From a virus (taxonomy: Duplodnaviria > Heunggongvirae > Uroviricota > Caudoviricetes): 46,548 nt of DNA. Below, piece by piece: positions 26,219 through 36,826 of this stretch. Every line of letters starts with the position of its first letter. Within the stretch, counting starts at the first letter, position 1. Location of the stretch: the IMG/VR virus record IMGVR_UViG_2878930440_000003; one strand, 5' to 3'. Both the position numbers and the translations under genes were made by a program. The notes under the pieces were generated by a model. The model was given only the letters and a program-made list of their open reading frames with translations, was not told the DNA's origin and made no database searches.

Positions 26219-29200
26219 CTAATTTAATGAATTAATATTCTTGTTATCTAATCTCTTCTTGTTGCAGTCTTCCTTATCTCCACTCAATCGCAGAACCTCT
26301 GATTCAAGGAAGACCACCCGAGCCTTCAATCTGCTGACCTCATCGCCCACCTGCTCGATAGCACCGAATGCCGTTGCAATCAGCTTCGGAGACCAGTAGT
26401 TAATCTTGTAGTAGCCCTTCTCGTCAGTCTCCACGATGTCCTTTAAGTGAGGGTTACACAAGACGTGTTGGGCAATCCAACCGATAGACCTTGTGTTGTC
26501 CTTCTTCCAAGCAAAGCTGAACGTGCCACCCATTGCCTTGATGATACCCAAGTAGTCCAGCTTCCGCAAATCCTGCTTCAAGCGGATGTCAGAAGATTGA
26601 TAAGCTGTAACTCCACCTTTAGCAAGAATGCTATTAGGGAAGTAAGTATTCATATTATAATCAAAGTTATATATATGACCTGTATGACCCATAAATCTAT
26701 CAGTAGGAAATGAATACTTAGTAAAAGCAAATATTCGTATTCTATTTATTGAAGTATTACGTAAAGCAGTAGTATTTTGGTCGTGTTTAAATTTAAAACG
26801 AATATATCTTCTATTATTGTTTCCTACAGGAAAACCTTCGTTACCATTAGATAGATTTATATAATTAAATTGATTCCATCCAGTCATATGTTTAGTAAAA
26901 GTATTAGTTATAACACCATCACTATTTATAAATTCTACAGTACAAATAGTATTAATACCATTTGACATATCAACACTAGCAAAATAAATTTGAGAATAAC
27001 AATTATTAAGAACTTCAAATGTAAACATTGATTGGTTCTTTTTTACTTGAGCTAATTTCTCAGCATCATTATTACCAGTAATAACATTATTACCTAAATT
27101 AATACTATAGTGTTCTGGAACATTAGCATATAGTTTAAATTTATTATTATCTGACATCTCATATCTAGTCCAATTATTACCATTATCGTTAGAATAGTGT
27201 ATATCTACATTTGTAACGGGTATACTATCAGTAATAGCAGTAATTCCAGAACATAAAGCATCAGCTGAAACAAAACAACTAATTCCTTTATTATTAACTT
27301 CATAATTTGTAGGTAATATACCTTTATTATTTATTAAACCGTTAACTGATAAATTACCAGCAATAACAGCATTTTTACTAACACTAATACTATCACAACT
27401 AATAACATCATTAACAGTAAGACTTTTAAACGTAGCACTACCATATTGTGTTATGTTCCAATAACTACTATTTACTTGACTACATATATCTTGTACATAT
27501 ACCCAACTACGATTATTAGCATTACCTAAATATAAATCACCACCACTACCTCCAATTCTAACTCCACTATCAGGAGTTATAGTTGTAATACCTGGAAATT
27601 TAAGTGTACCATTACGTTGTGCACTATTAGCCTCAAACACAGAACCATCAGCTATACCAAGATAAATAGTTTTATTAGAATGAGTATATTTAAGTCCAGC
27701 CCATTGATTCCAATCCCAGTTTGTCTCGCCAAAGCGAATAGCCGCACCTGTGTTGAAAATAACTTGCGCATCAATGGCACTAATAGGAGTTAACTTGTTG
27801 CCAATCTTAAGCGCACCATTCTGCAAGGTGGTACTGATGGTGTTGCTTGCGCTGATGGTGGTCGCACCGCTCAAAGCACCGCTCACGTTAGCCGTTCCGT
27901 TGAACGACTGTCCCCAGATGGTTCTTGCCGTTACAAGTTGGTCTGCTTGATTCACGATGCCAATTCTCGTAGCACCATCAAGCAAGGTGTAAGGGCTATC
28001 CCCTGTGGTTGCTGGCAAGCTTTGAGCCGCAGAGAACGATGTATTTGTCACCAAAGTTCCTTGGCTTGTGAAATCGGCAGACGTGCGTCCTGTCTTCTTG
28101 ATGATTGTGTAAGACAGACTTCCATATTGACGTTGGCAATTTCCCCAAAGTTGAACATTGCCAGTTGCATTGTTGTAGTACACACGCAACCTTGAAGACA
28201 TGTTTCCAACCAACTCACGCAAGGATATGATAAAGTTATATGCCCCAGAGTCCTTCGCTCCATTCTGACGGATTCTCAACACGACAACCGAAAAGGTATC
28301 GTTAAATCCGTTGGAGAAGAGGAACGTGAAATTTCTATCATCATATTGGTTGCCTGTGACGGTAATGTCAAACAACTTCGCCCAATAGTGGGAAAGGCTT
28401 GCGGTGTTGCTGCTTACCGCTCCCGACCATACGATGTTGTTTTTGTGCCAACCATCGAGCAAATCCGCATTGAGGTTTGTCCATTGTGCGGTAGTCGAAG
28501 CTATGTGATTCAAGCCGTTGTAACCGAATCGCATACCTCCCTTGCCGAACTTCACCATTCCTGCGTTGTTGTTGCCAACGCCCATCAAGCCGATAGTGTT
28601 GCCAAAGTTACAATCACCAATGTAGCAATCATCGCCAATGCGCAATCCATTGTAAGCACCATTCAATGCGCTAGCTTCAATCTTAAGCTGACCTGTGAGC
28701 GTTCCACCTGTCAAAGGCAAGTACTTTGCGGCGATAGTATCCACCTGTGACTTCGTATAAGCATCAGTAATGCCATACCCACTTATCGTTGTCGGCTTGC
28801 TTGTGAGTTCTGAGAAGGCAAGGCTGTTCTTGATTGCAAACGAGCCGAAAGCACCCTTGTTGCAATAGGCGAGGTTTGAACTAGTGCCACTATATGCTCC
28901 GTTCCAGTAAGCTATGAAGCTCATGTCAGGAATGATGTTGCCATCGATCGATGCGTTAGTCCATCCCGAAGTGCCCACCGTAGAAAGGCTCTTCTTCGTG
29001 TAGCTCTTGGTGTAGGTGATGGCTGTTCCACTGGTGGATATGCCAGTCACGAACACATTGCTTCCACTTGGCTGAGTAACCGAGCGCAAGCCATCCGTAA
29101 TGCCAAATCCCGACAAAGTGGTTGGCTTGTTGGTGATATAGCTCCACGCAAGGTTTCCTTGGAACGCCGTGAGTGCCTTGATGTGTGGAGCGATGAAGTA

Positions 29201-32200
29201 AGCATCGCCTTGGTTCGTAACGAAAGAAAGGCTTACACCTGCTCCTATAGTGTCATGGTCAGTATAAACCAATGCAGCCGATTGAACGCCACTTGCATCA
29301 GGGTTATCGCTAGTTGAGAAAACCAATTGCGGACCGCCATCGCCATAGGACAGCTTCCCAGCCGACTTGATGTAGTTTGCATCGTTGCCATAGGTAGTTC
29401 CATAAATCACCAAGCGATTCTGCTCTGCCTTGTAACTTGTGTTGACGGTGACACTAGCCTTTGACAACTTCAAGATGTTGTCTATCTTGGTGATTCCTGT
29501 CAAGGCTTGCTCGGCACTGCTGCCCTGCACCTGTGTCGTTCCCACATAATGAGTATGGTTAGACAAGCTGAAAGAACTACCCTTCGTCAAGGTCAAGGTA
29601 TGCCCACTGATAGATGCGGTTGTTATCGCATTCCCAGAACCTGTTACGCTAACGGCATTCACACCGTCTGTGATACCATATCCGCTGAGACTTGTTGGCT
29701 TAGAGGTCAAACTTGCAAAAGTATGTGTATGCCCATTGAGCGAGAATGTAGAGCCTTTTGTGAAGGTGATGGTCTTGCCGCTCTTTGTAACGGCAGTAAC
29801 GGCATTTCCACTTCCGCTAACTGCTATCGCATTCACGTAACCATCGAGCGATTGGTGTGCGGTAAGGTAGTTTCCCTTCGGTTGATACAAGCTGGCAGCG
29901 TCAGTCTTAGTAAGGTAGCTCGCAAGGCTCTGATGTGAAGTCAAGAACGTTGTTCCCTTTGTCACGATGATAGTCGTTCCGCTCTTACTGATGGCTGTCA
30001 CTGCGTTTCCACTACCGCTAACACTAACGTCCATAGCCGAGCCTCCTTCTAGGCTAGAGATACGAGAATCAAGAGCCTTGATGGAGTAGGCAGAGGCAAT
30101 CTCACTCAGCGATTCTGATGTAAGCTTCAAGGCATCTGAATATTTCTTCACACTGCCGTTCAAGCCGCCACCACCGCCAGTGGTAGATGCTCCTGCTCCG
30201 TATGCCGTGATACCACCTGTGGCATAGAGATTACCATCAATCTTGATAGCCTTATTGGTTGCATCATACGTTATCTTAATGCCATGGAAGGAGATTGCGC
30301 CTTCGAATGTAGCATCGCCCGATACACCAAGTTTAGAGAATGGTGCGTTTGGCTTCAAAGACACAAGGTCAGCAACGCTCGTTCCTGCACTTCCTTCCTT
30401 CCAAGTCGGCTCGAAGAAGGTGAGGTATGCGCCAAGATTCTTTTCGCTGATGATAAACGATGTAGGGTCTGCGTGAACCTTTCCGCTCACATCCCACCAG
30501 ATAGCACCATTGGCAAGATAACCCGAGCCATCGAAGCGGATGAGGGAGGTTGCAGGGGTAAGATTTCCGCTATTATAGTCCTTATCCACCATCTGACCGC
30601 CCCACCATGTTGCGATACTCTTCTTTCCTCTATTCGGGTCTATTGCTCCGTTGATACCGCTCTGAACGTTTCCGTCTCCGTCTCTCAGCGCAAGGAGCGT
30701 TGTCATTACAAGACCACCGTCAACATATGTAGTCTGACCGAGCGCATCCTTGAGATACTTGTAACCTGCGAGGTCTGTGATATTCTGCTTCAAGTCACCA
30801 TATATCTTGCTAGTGATATAGGCATTAGCCAAACCAAGTTTGTCATAGAATGCGCTGTATGCGGACTGAAAGTTGGTGAACTTCGTTCCCACGGCAGAGA
30901 CGATAGCAGCCTTGCCGTTAGTATCAGCCTTATTGTAATTTGTAGATATATCTGAGAGATACGTAACGAGTTCCGTCTTGGCAGTAGAGAGAGTAGTGAA
31001 AGCAGTATTAAGATCGGTGAGTTCTTTTGTACTCTTTAACACCTCTGCTCCCTTCACTTCATTGTACGACTTCTCGGCAGCTGCGAAAGCATCTTCAAGT
31101 CGCTTGGAATCCTGCGCCATTGCAGCAATCTCAGAAGGCTCTAGGTAGCCATCTTTGACGTAGCTGTCGAACGTCTTTTTGTTTTCGGTAACAGTCGTTC
31201 CGAGGGCGTTCAAGTTGCTCTGTGTCGTCTTAATCTCTTCTTGCGCCTTCTCAGCAGCTTTCTTGGCTTCCTCTGCCTTCGTGTCATCGGTATACTTGCT
31301 AGCCAATTTCCAATCGGCAATATCGAACTTTTCGCCTTCTGCCTTGGCGGTGGAACACTTCAAGATTTCGTTCTTGTAAGTGCTACCATCGTTCGGATAG
31401 GTTGCGTTCACCCACATATCGTTCACATCGTATGGTGGAACTGGCTGAGAGCCGAAGATGCGTCTCTTGGTGTTGGCGGTAGCTTGCGCTCCATTAGCCT
31501 TCTTATCCGCAGCGGCTGCATCTTTGAGTGCTTGGCTTGAATCTTTGAGTGCCTTGGTCAGCTCCGTATCTGTGATGATAATCCACTCATAGGTAGAGCC
31601 ATCCTTGGCAAAGCGGTATGCCTTGCCCGTCTTGTTGTCATAGTAGAGGTCTCCCAAGTGGGTTTTCTTATCATTGTCGGTAGTCCACCCAATGGCAGGT
31701 GCGTTGGATAGGGTAGGAACGCCGTCATAGAACCAAGTCTCAATAGCTCCGTCTATCTGGTTTTGAAGGTCGATAATCGTCTGCGATTTCTTGATAATGG
31801 TCTCAACGGCATTCTTATCCAAGCTCTTCTCGGTGATGTACTTATCCAAGGTTTTGCCATCATAGGTGGACTTAATATCCAAGTCTCCCTTGATGGTTAC
31901 TTTCTTCTTGTCGCTATCATACTTGACGTAGGAATCACCCTCGTAGTTATTGGCACTAGTAGGTCGGTCTCCGAAGTACATATCTCCGTAGACGTGGAAG
32001 AAAGCCTTGCCTGTAGAATGGTTCACACCATAGTCAACATATTCCTTGTTATTGAAAGTATAACCATTCACTCCGTGATAGAGCGTAACACTTGGCGAAT
32101 AGGTATCAACGGCAGAGAACACCAAGCAACTCTGCCTAGCGTTGTCTATTCTGCTACCAACTTGGTTCAACACATCGTCTACCATTGGAATATCACTGCT

Positions 32201-34564
32201 TGTATCCTTGTCTATGTCCGACAAGTCCACATAGTGATAGTTCTTTCCCTCTATCTCAACGGTTTCTGTAGACACACCGATGACTAGTCGCCAATAGTAG
32301 TGATTGCCGGCATTGTGAAATTTCCCTTGTGTGAGATTGAAACTCTTGCTTCTCGCTTGGTCTCCAACCTTCCATTTATTCTCCACCTTTGAGCCATCTT
32401 GCTCACCAAGGAAGTAGCATCTGTAAGCATTCTGACTAACACCATCATAGGTAACATTCACCTCTTCAACCTTCAATATTCGGTTACTGCCTACTGTGGT
32501 AATGAACAATTCACCACCCAAGGTGTCCGTATGCAATATCTCCAAGGTCTCGAAGATAGCCTTCATCCTAACATTAAGGTAGTCGGTCGTCAGATGACTT
32601 CTGAAAAGCTCGTCTAAAGACCAATCGCCCCCACTTAAAGCCGAATAGTCCCCAACTTGAAGCCCTCGCAAGAACTTAATCAAGAAGTTTGCCGCATCCG
32701 TCTTATCCTTATGAAGATAGGAGTTTTCAACCCTCTTGGCTGAAAATACATTGAAGTCTGTAGGTTGAACAGTTGTGTCATAGCTCTTAATGATATAGAT
32801 ACTATTTCCACTACCTCCCTTATTGAGATAGCTTTGCCCATTGAAAACAAGTTCCTCAATCTGTGAGGACATCGCATTGAGCCTAGAGTAAGCAGGTTTC
32901 TCACCTACAGTATACTTTACGCTATCAAAGGGAACGTCAAGATGTAACTCATAGCCGATAATTCTAGATGCTCTAAAGCTCATATCATATCCCTTGTTGA
33001 ATAGGTTCACCCTATCGCCCTCAAAATGGAATTGTCCCTTGCCGTCATTGTATGAGTAATCAGACGCAGCCGTGCAAGTATAGGTCGTAGGGTCTATCAT
33101 TGACTTCTTCAAGTTCTTGATGGCATCGGTCAAGAGCTCGTTGGAGGAAGATGTCACCAAGGTATTGCCCAACTTCGTTGAGTCCCAATTGTAGAGTACA
33201 AAGGTATCTCCGTCTTTCGGATGCAGAACCGTGTCTGGCAAGAATCGTCCGTAGTCCTCGTTTGCAACAATCTCAAAGACCTGTGCCGCTGGATTTATCT
33301 GTTCCTTGCCATCCTTCAGTATAGGGCTACCATTAGCATCTCTCAAAATCTCGGACTCACCATCGGGATTGAACTGACACTCGAAATCCATTCCATTCAA
33401 CGAACCACTTTGGAAGATAATATGCAAGGTCTTTCCACTGAGGATGTAGGAACTTCTGAAAGCCATGTCCCCTGTCTTGTTTCCGTCTGCGTCTACGATG
33501 GTCAGTCCCTTTACTCGATAGAAAGTCCTCTTGATATAGTCGCCCTCCTCGGGTGTGCTCTCGTCCTCAACATCCTTCTCATAATAGGTAACATTAGAAG
33601 TCTTGATTAAGTTCCTTGGATAAATGTCATCATTGGTGGTAACGCCCTCTACATACTCGTCTTCGGTAAGTCCCTTGACTTGCAAGCAGCCATTCTTCAA
33701 CTCAAAGCCGTTATCTTCCAAGAGTTTCTTGTTCTCAGCGGAGCACTCTTCTAAAGTAGGGAGCATAAGCCTCTTCTCCACCACTCCGTTCTTTGTAACG
33801 TCAGCGGAAGAGTTCTGCTTATATCCACTAGGTAAGTTCCTAGCCGCTCCAAAGGCATATACCCTGTTGGCATAGCTTGCTTGGCTCTGCGAGCTTGACA
33901 TTGAAACAATGTTTTCGCCATCCTTGAAGTCTACAACCTCATTGGTATTCTCGCAAGTACCAAAATGCACGAGGTTTCCCTCTACCCACCATTCGCACTC
34001 AAAGGTCTGTGCGATATTAGCGATAGCATCAAGAATGCTAGAATTGGAATAGGTGATTACCTTGGACTTAGTACTGTCAACGCTAGCATCCACCACGAAT
34101 GTGTAATCGCTACCTTTTCCCGTGTAATTCGGGTCATAGAGATACGACTTGCTAGCCTTAGCCAAGAAATCCAAGTTATCCTTGATGATGTTTGCATGTG
34201 TAATGATATTCGAGGTAAGCGTGAATGTGCCCTCTGGAGAACCAGAGTTAGGCATATATTTCAGTCTCTTGTTCTTCCATTTCCTATAGTAAGCATCAAA
34301 CTCCAACTCATAGGAATATCCAAGAGTGCCATCGTCCTTTGGCTTTACGTTATCAACCAACTCAAACCTTCCATAGTCAGTAACGATGAAATCTCCCATC
34401 TTGAAGTATATCGCACTGCCAAGCTTAAAGGATAGCTTGCAATAGTGGGACTGCATCAACTCGAAGTGCACCAACGCATCCTCCGTTACGGGAACGGAGC
34501 ACCTTACGTGTACGTCTCCCTTTGTGTCGTAATACTTAACCTCTATATCCTTGTATGTCCTCAT
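26219..34564 (-). CDS. Large tail tip/tail fibre protein with C-terminal intramolecular chaperone (peptidase S74-like)
   Basis: 2781 aa; tail-hub-like N-terminus, coiled coils, GSGNAVT and KPTTxSGYGITD repeats, GGVTAYQSSDIRLK start of chaperone domain. Confidence 0.9.
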   Translation of the reverse strand: MRTYKDIEVKYYDTKGDVHVRCSVPVTEDALVHFELMQSHYCKLSFKLGSAIYFKMGDFIVTDYGRFELVDNVKPKDDGTLGYSYELEFDAYYRKWKNKRLKYMPNSGSPEGTFTLTSNIITHANIIKDNLDFLAKASKSYLYDPNYTGKGSDYTFVVDASVDSTKSKVITYSNSSILDAIANIAQTFECEWWVEGNLVHFGTCENTNEVVDFKDGENIVSMSSSQSQASYANRVYAFGAARNLPSGYKQNSSADVTKNGVVEKRLMLPTLEECSAENKKLLEDNGFELKNGCLQVKGLTEDEYVEGVTTNDDIYPRNLIKTSNVTYYEKDVEDESTPEEGDYIKRTFYRVKGLTIVDADGNKTGDMAFRSSYILSGKTLHIIFQSGSLNGMDFECQFNPDGESEILRDANGSPILKDGKEQINPAAQVFEIVANEDYGRFLPDTVLHPKDGDTFVLYNWDSTKLGNTLVTSSSNELLTDAIKNLKKSMIDPTTYTCTAASDYSYNDGKGQFHFEGDRVNLFNKGYDMSFRASRIIGYELHLDVPFDSVKYTVGEKPAYSRLNAMSSQIEELVFNGQSYLNKGGSGNSIYIIKSYDTTVQPTDFNVFSAKRVENSYLHKDKTDAANFLIKFLRGLQVGDYSALSGGDWSLDELFRSHLTTDYLNVRMKAIFETLEILHTDTLGGELFITTVGSNRILKVEEVNVTYDGVSQNAYRCYFLGEQDGSKVENKWKVGDQARSKSFNLTQGKFHNAGNHYYWRLVIGVSTETVEIEGKNYHYVDLSDIDKDTSSDIPMVDDVLNQVGSRIDNARQSCLVFSAVDTYSPSVTLYHGVNGYTFNNKEYVDYGVNHSTGKAFFHVYGDMYFGDRPTSANNYEGDSYVKYDSDKKKVTIKGDLDIKSTYDGKTLDKYITEKSLDKNAVETIIKKSQTIIDLQNQIDGAIETWFYDGVPTLSNAPAIGWTTDNDKKTHLGDLYYDNKTGKAYRFAKDGSTYEWIIITDTELTKALKDSSQALKDAAAADKKANGAQATANTKRRIFGSQPVPPYDVNDMWVNATYPNDGSTYKNEILKCSTAKAEGEKFDIADWKLASKYTDDTKAEEAKKAAEKAQEEIKTTQSNLNALGTTVTENKKTFDSYVKDGYLEPSEIAAMAQDSKRLEDAFAAAEKSYNEVKGAEVLKSTKELTDLNTAFTTLSTAKTELVTYLSDISTNYNKADTNGKAAIVSAVGTKFTNFQSAYSAFYDKLGLANAYITSKIYGDLKQNITDLAGYKYLKDALGQTTYVDGGLVMTTLLALRDGDGNVQSGINGAIDPNRGKKSIATWWGGQMVDKDYNSGNLTPATSLIRFDGSGYLANGAIWWDVSGKVHADPTSFIISEKNLGAYLTFFEPTWKEGSAGTSVADLVSLKPNAPFSKLGVSGDATFEGAISFHGIKITYDATNKAIKIDGNLYATGGITAYGAGASTTGGGGGLNGSVKKYSDALKLTSESLSEIASAYSIKALDSRISSLEGGSAMDVSVSGSGNAVTAISKSGTTIIVTKGTTFLTSHQSLASYLTKTDAASLYQPKGNYLTAHQSLDGYVNAIAVSGSGNAVTAVTKSGKTITFTKGSTFSLNGHTHTFASLTSKPTSLSGYGITDGVNAVSVTGSGNAITTASISGHTLTLTKGSSFSLSNHTHYVGTTQVQGSSAEQALTGITKIDNILKLSKASVTVNTSYKAEQNRLVIYGTTYGNDANYIKSAGKLSYGDGGPQLVFSTSDNPDASGVQSAALVYTDHDTIGAGVSLSFVTNQGDAYFIAPHIKALTAFQGNLAWSYITNKPTTLSGFGITDGLRSVTQPSGSNVFVTGISTSGTAITYTKSYTKKSLSTVGTSGWTNASIDGNIIPDMSFIAYWNGAYSGTSSNLAYCNKGAFGSFAIKNSLAFSELTSKPTTISGYGITDAYTKSQVDTIAAKYLPLTGGTLTGQLKIEASALNGAYNGLRIGDDCYIGDCNFGNTIGLMGVGNNNAGMVKFGKGGMRFGYNGLNHIASTTAQWTNLNADLLDGWHKNNIVWSGAVSSNTASLSHYWAKLFDITVTGNQYDDRNFTFLFSNGFNDTFSVVVLRIRQNGAKDSGAYNFIISLRELVGNMSSRLRVYYNNATGNVQLWGNCQRQYGSLSYTIIKKTGRTSADFTSQGTLVTNTSFSAAQSLPATTGDSPYTLLDGATRIGIVNQADQLVTARTIWGQSFNGTANVSGALSGATTISASNTISTTLQNGALKIGNKLTPISAIDAQVIFNTGAAIRFGETNWDWNQWAGLKYTHSNKTIYLGIADGSVFEANSAQRNGTLKFPGITTITPDSGVRIGGSGGDLYLGNANNRSWVYVQDICSQVNSSYWNITQYGSATFKSLTVNDVISCDSISVSKNAVIAGNLSVNGLINNKGILPTNYEVNNKGISCFVSADALCSGITAITDSIPVTNVDIHYSNDNGNNWTRYEMSDNNKFKLYANVPEHYSINLGNNVITGNNDAEKLAQVKKNQSMFTFEVLNNCYSQIYFASVDMSNGINTICTVEFINSDGVITNTFTKHMTGWNQFNYINLSNGNEGFPVGNNNRRYIRFKFKHDQNTTALRNTSINRIRIFAFTKYSFPTDRFMGHTGHIYNFDYNMNTYFPNSILAKGGVTAYQSSDIRLKQDLRKLDYLGIIKAMGGTFSFAWKKDNTRSIGWIAQHVLCNPHLKDIVETDEKGYYKINYWSPKLIATAFGAIEQVGDEVSRLKARVVFLESEVLRLSGDKEDCNKKRLDNKNINSLN

Positions 34565-35040
34565 TGTAAATCCTCAAATTCCTTCATGTTAAACTTCTCC
34601 ATATCATCGCTTGTGAGCGCACCCCTGTTCTTCGGGTCATACTCAACGAACTTAATGCTCTTCTTCCCGATAGCTCCTCCCTTTCCTCGGGAATAGCTAG
34701 TGGACTTCCTAGAGCAGAAGAGCCTGTAAATGTCAGACTTGGAAGACGGAACTTGTATAGTTACGAATCCATTATCCATCAGCGCATCGAAAGCCGCCAA
34801 CCTCTTGTTATAGTCATTGTGGTCTCTGCCTACAATCGTAAACTCCAAGGTTACGTTCCGCTCCGCCTTCTTCGGTCGTATCAGTATGACCCTCGTTCCG
34901 TCCTCTGTGCGCACGGAGTTGGTGATGTAGTCCTTGTTGTCAGCATCCGCTTCCAAGGCATCAAGAAAACCGCTGCCCATCTTGATACGATAGGTAGCCC
35001 ATGCGTCTTGTCCGTTTATGATAAGTTCATTCGTGTTCAT
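34561..35040 (-). CDS. Distal-tail (Dit)-like protein
   Basis: 159 aa; LIINGQDAWATY..., overlaps the start of the tail tip gene; role inferred from position. Confidence 0.6.
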   Translation of the reverse strand: MNTNELIINGQDAWATYRIKMGSGFLDALEADADNKDYITNSVRTEDGTRVILIRPKKAERNVTLEFTIVGRDHNDYNKRLAAFDALMDNGFVTIQVPSSKSDIYRLFCSRKSTSYSRGKGGAIGKKSIKFVEYDPKNRGALTSDDMEKFNMKEFEDLQ

Positions 35041-35045
35041 GCCAA

Positions 35046-35114
35046 CAAAGTTAAAAACAAAATGAGGAATAATATTATATTATTATCATAATGCTTTCAC
35101 TTAAAATTTAAGTG
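35046..35114 (-). promoter_or_regulatory. Late promoter: TAACTTTG with CACTT-N7-AAGTG box 44 nt upstream
   Basis: caaagtta 35046-35053; box 35098-35114. Confidence 0.7.
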
Positions 35115-35115
35115 C

Positions 35116-35154
35116 AAAAAGGGCGCAAATCCTAAAAGGAAATGCGCCCAAAAA
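35116..35154 (-). terminator. Intrinsic terminator after the portal gene
   Basis: GGGCGCA..TCCT/AGGA..TGCGCCC stem with A/T tracts on both sides. Confidence 0.8.
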
Positions 35155-35170
35155 CAATAAGCTTTTAAAA

Positions 35171-36604
35171 TTATGAAGTTGTGTTTTCGTTTCCCTTTAC
35201 CTTTGCAGCTAACGCTACTTTATCTTCTGCATCCTTGCGTATCTTTTCAATTTCTTCAGCAGGAGCGTCAGTTAGAGCCAGCATTTGTACAGCAGTCTCT
35301 AAAGAAAGTACGCCTTGATTATATAGTTCCGCTATTACTTTCCACTTATCCTTTTTGTCATCCTCGAAAGGTTCGGCAAAATCGAATTCGACCTCCAACT
35401 TATCCAACTTGCTTCTCATCTCAGGATATAGTTCCTTCATTACGGCTATAATCACATGCGATAATCTACCGACAAGTTCTTCATAGATTTCCATTCGGTT
35501 CGCTCGCTTGATGTAACCCAATACCAACGCTCGTTTTATGCCGACACTAGTAAGCGTACTCATAGCTTTCATTAGTTCCGGTGACATATCCGGTGTAAAC
35601 GTATCAAACAATATAGACTGAGCCAAGTCTTCTTTCTCTGCCTTGCGGATTTCGGAATTCTGAGGTGGGTTGATATATTCAAACCTAGAGTTCTTGCCTG
35701 TAAGTTGTATGAGTTTACCTGGCTTGTTCCGCTTAGGGATTGATTGTATCACGTCAGCAGTAGCAGCGGCAATAGGGTCAGCAAAGTAGTTGTTAGTATC
35801 TCCAACCTTGGAATCAAGCATCTCTTCACGTTCCATTCTTGGCTCTGCACCATCCCATGCTTTAGGTTGGCGAAAGTAGATGCCGTTAATCTTTCCTGTC
35901 GGATTAGGATACTTATACACTTTCCACCCAAAGCCACCACGTTCACAATGATAGTTAAAAACGGATGTCAATATATCCCAACATTCGATAGTCTTTGACT
36001 CTCGCTTTAAGGAATAGCCTACAGCAAAAGCAAGCATGTTTCCGTATTGGTCAAACAACTCTCTCATCTTATGTCCCTTTGAGCGAGCTGCAACATACAC
36101 ATCAACATGCATCTTTCCGTTTTTTTGCGAAAAATTAAAAACAAAACCGCTTTCGGTTTCTGCTCCGGCAAGTCGCTTGCATTGACGTAGCTTGGTATTG
36201 AAGTATATATCCTTCAAGTATTTTTTATATAGTTCAAAGGCTTCATCGTCACCTTCTACTTTCTTCCACATTATCGGATTACCTAACAAGAAGAACAACT
36301 CTACCTCATTGATGTATCTCTGCCTTGTCCTTGCCAACTTCTCCGTCCTATATGGTTTTTCTCCCTTTACCCATTTATCCTCACGGCTCATCACCTTGTG
36401 AGTTTGCGGATTATATTCCGAAATGGCATTATCCACATCGAAATCATGTTGTTCCATCATGTTTACGACAGAATCAACATCATTATCTTCCAAACGTTCG
36501 AAGATATTTCTCTCCACACCCAACGCATTGAGCGTGAGGTTTCGAAAATATGTCTTTATCTGAATAATTGAATCTACAAACATCCTTATAACTTTTTGAA
36601 GCAA
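35171..36604 (-). CDS. Phage portal protein (SPP1-like); likely start MFVDS at 36583
   Basis: Size, position after TerL, YINEVELFFLLGNPI, TPDMS, LSLETAV patterns. Confidence 0.85.
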   Translation of the reverse strand: MLQKVIRMFVDSIIQIKTYFRNLTLNALGVERNIFERLEDNDVDSVVNMMEQHDFDVDNAISEYNPQTHKVMSREDKWVKGEKPYRTEKLARTRQRYINEVELFFLLGNPIMWKKVEGDDEAFELYKKYLKDIYFNTKLRQCKRLAGAETESGFVFNFSQKNGKMHVDVYVAARSKGHKMRELFDQYGNMLAFAVGYSLKRESKTIECWDILTSVFNYHCERGGFGWKVYKYPNPTGKINGIYFRQPKAWDGAEPRMEREEMLDSKVGDTNNYFADPIAAATADVIQSIPKRNKPGKLIQLTGKNSRFEYINPPQNSEIRKAEKEDLAQSILFDTFTPDMSPELMKAMSTLTSVGIKRALVLGYIKRANRMEIYEELVGRLSHVIIAVMKELYPEMRSKLDKLEVEFDFAEPFEDDKKDKWKVIAELYNQGVLSLETAVQMLALTDAPAEEIEKIRKDAEDKVALAAKVKGNENTTS

Positions 36605-36670
36605 AGGTAATAATAAACATGGTTTCTACACGCTTTAATCTACGTATGCCTTTCACTTAGTTTTTAAGTG
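36602..36670 (-). promoter_or_regulatory. Late promoter: TACCTTTG with CACTT-N7-AAGTG box 44 nt upstream
   Basis: caaaggta 36602-36609; box 36654-36670. Confidence 0.7.
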
Positions 36671-36826
36671 AATAAAAAAGACTATTTACTAAAGAATCTA
36701 TCTTTATTTAGTAAACAATCTTTTTTATTTACACTAGACTTTTATTCACCCTTATAGAGTACTTATACTAACTATCTAATAGTTAAATATTTGTATTTTT
36801 GTTACAAAAGTAATTATATTTGTCGT

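Noticed and set aside
24434-34564. Diversity-generating retroelement or invertible tail-fibre shufflon
   Set aside because: No reverse transcriptase, no TR/VR pair and no invertase or inverted cassette seen in the window
26447-34696. Many plus-strand ORFs (up to 223 aa) opposite the tail gene, and similar antisense ORFs elsewhere
   Set aside because: Antisense open frames expected from the codon bias of a long GC-richer gene; no promoters or recognisable domains
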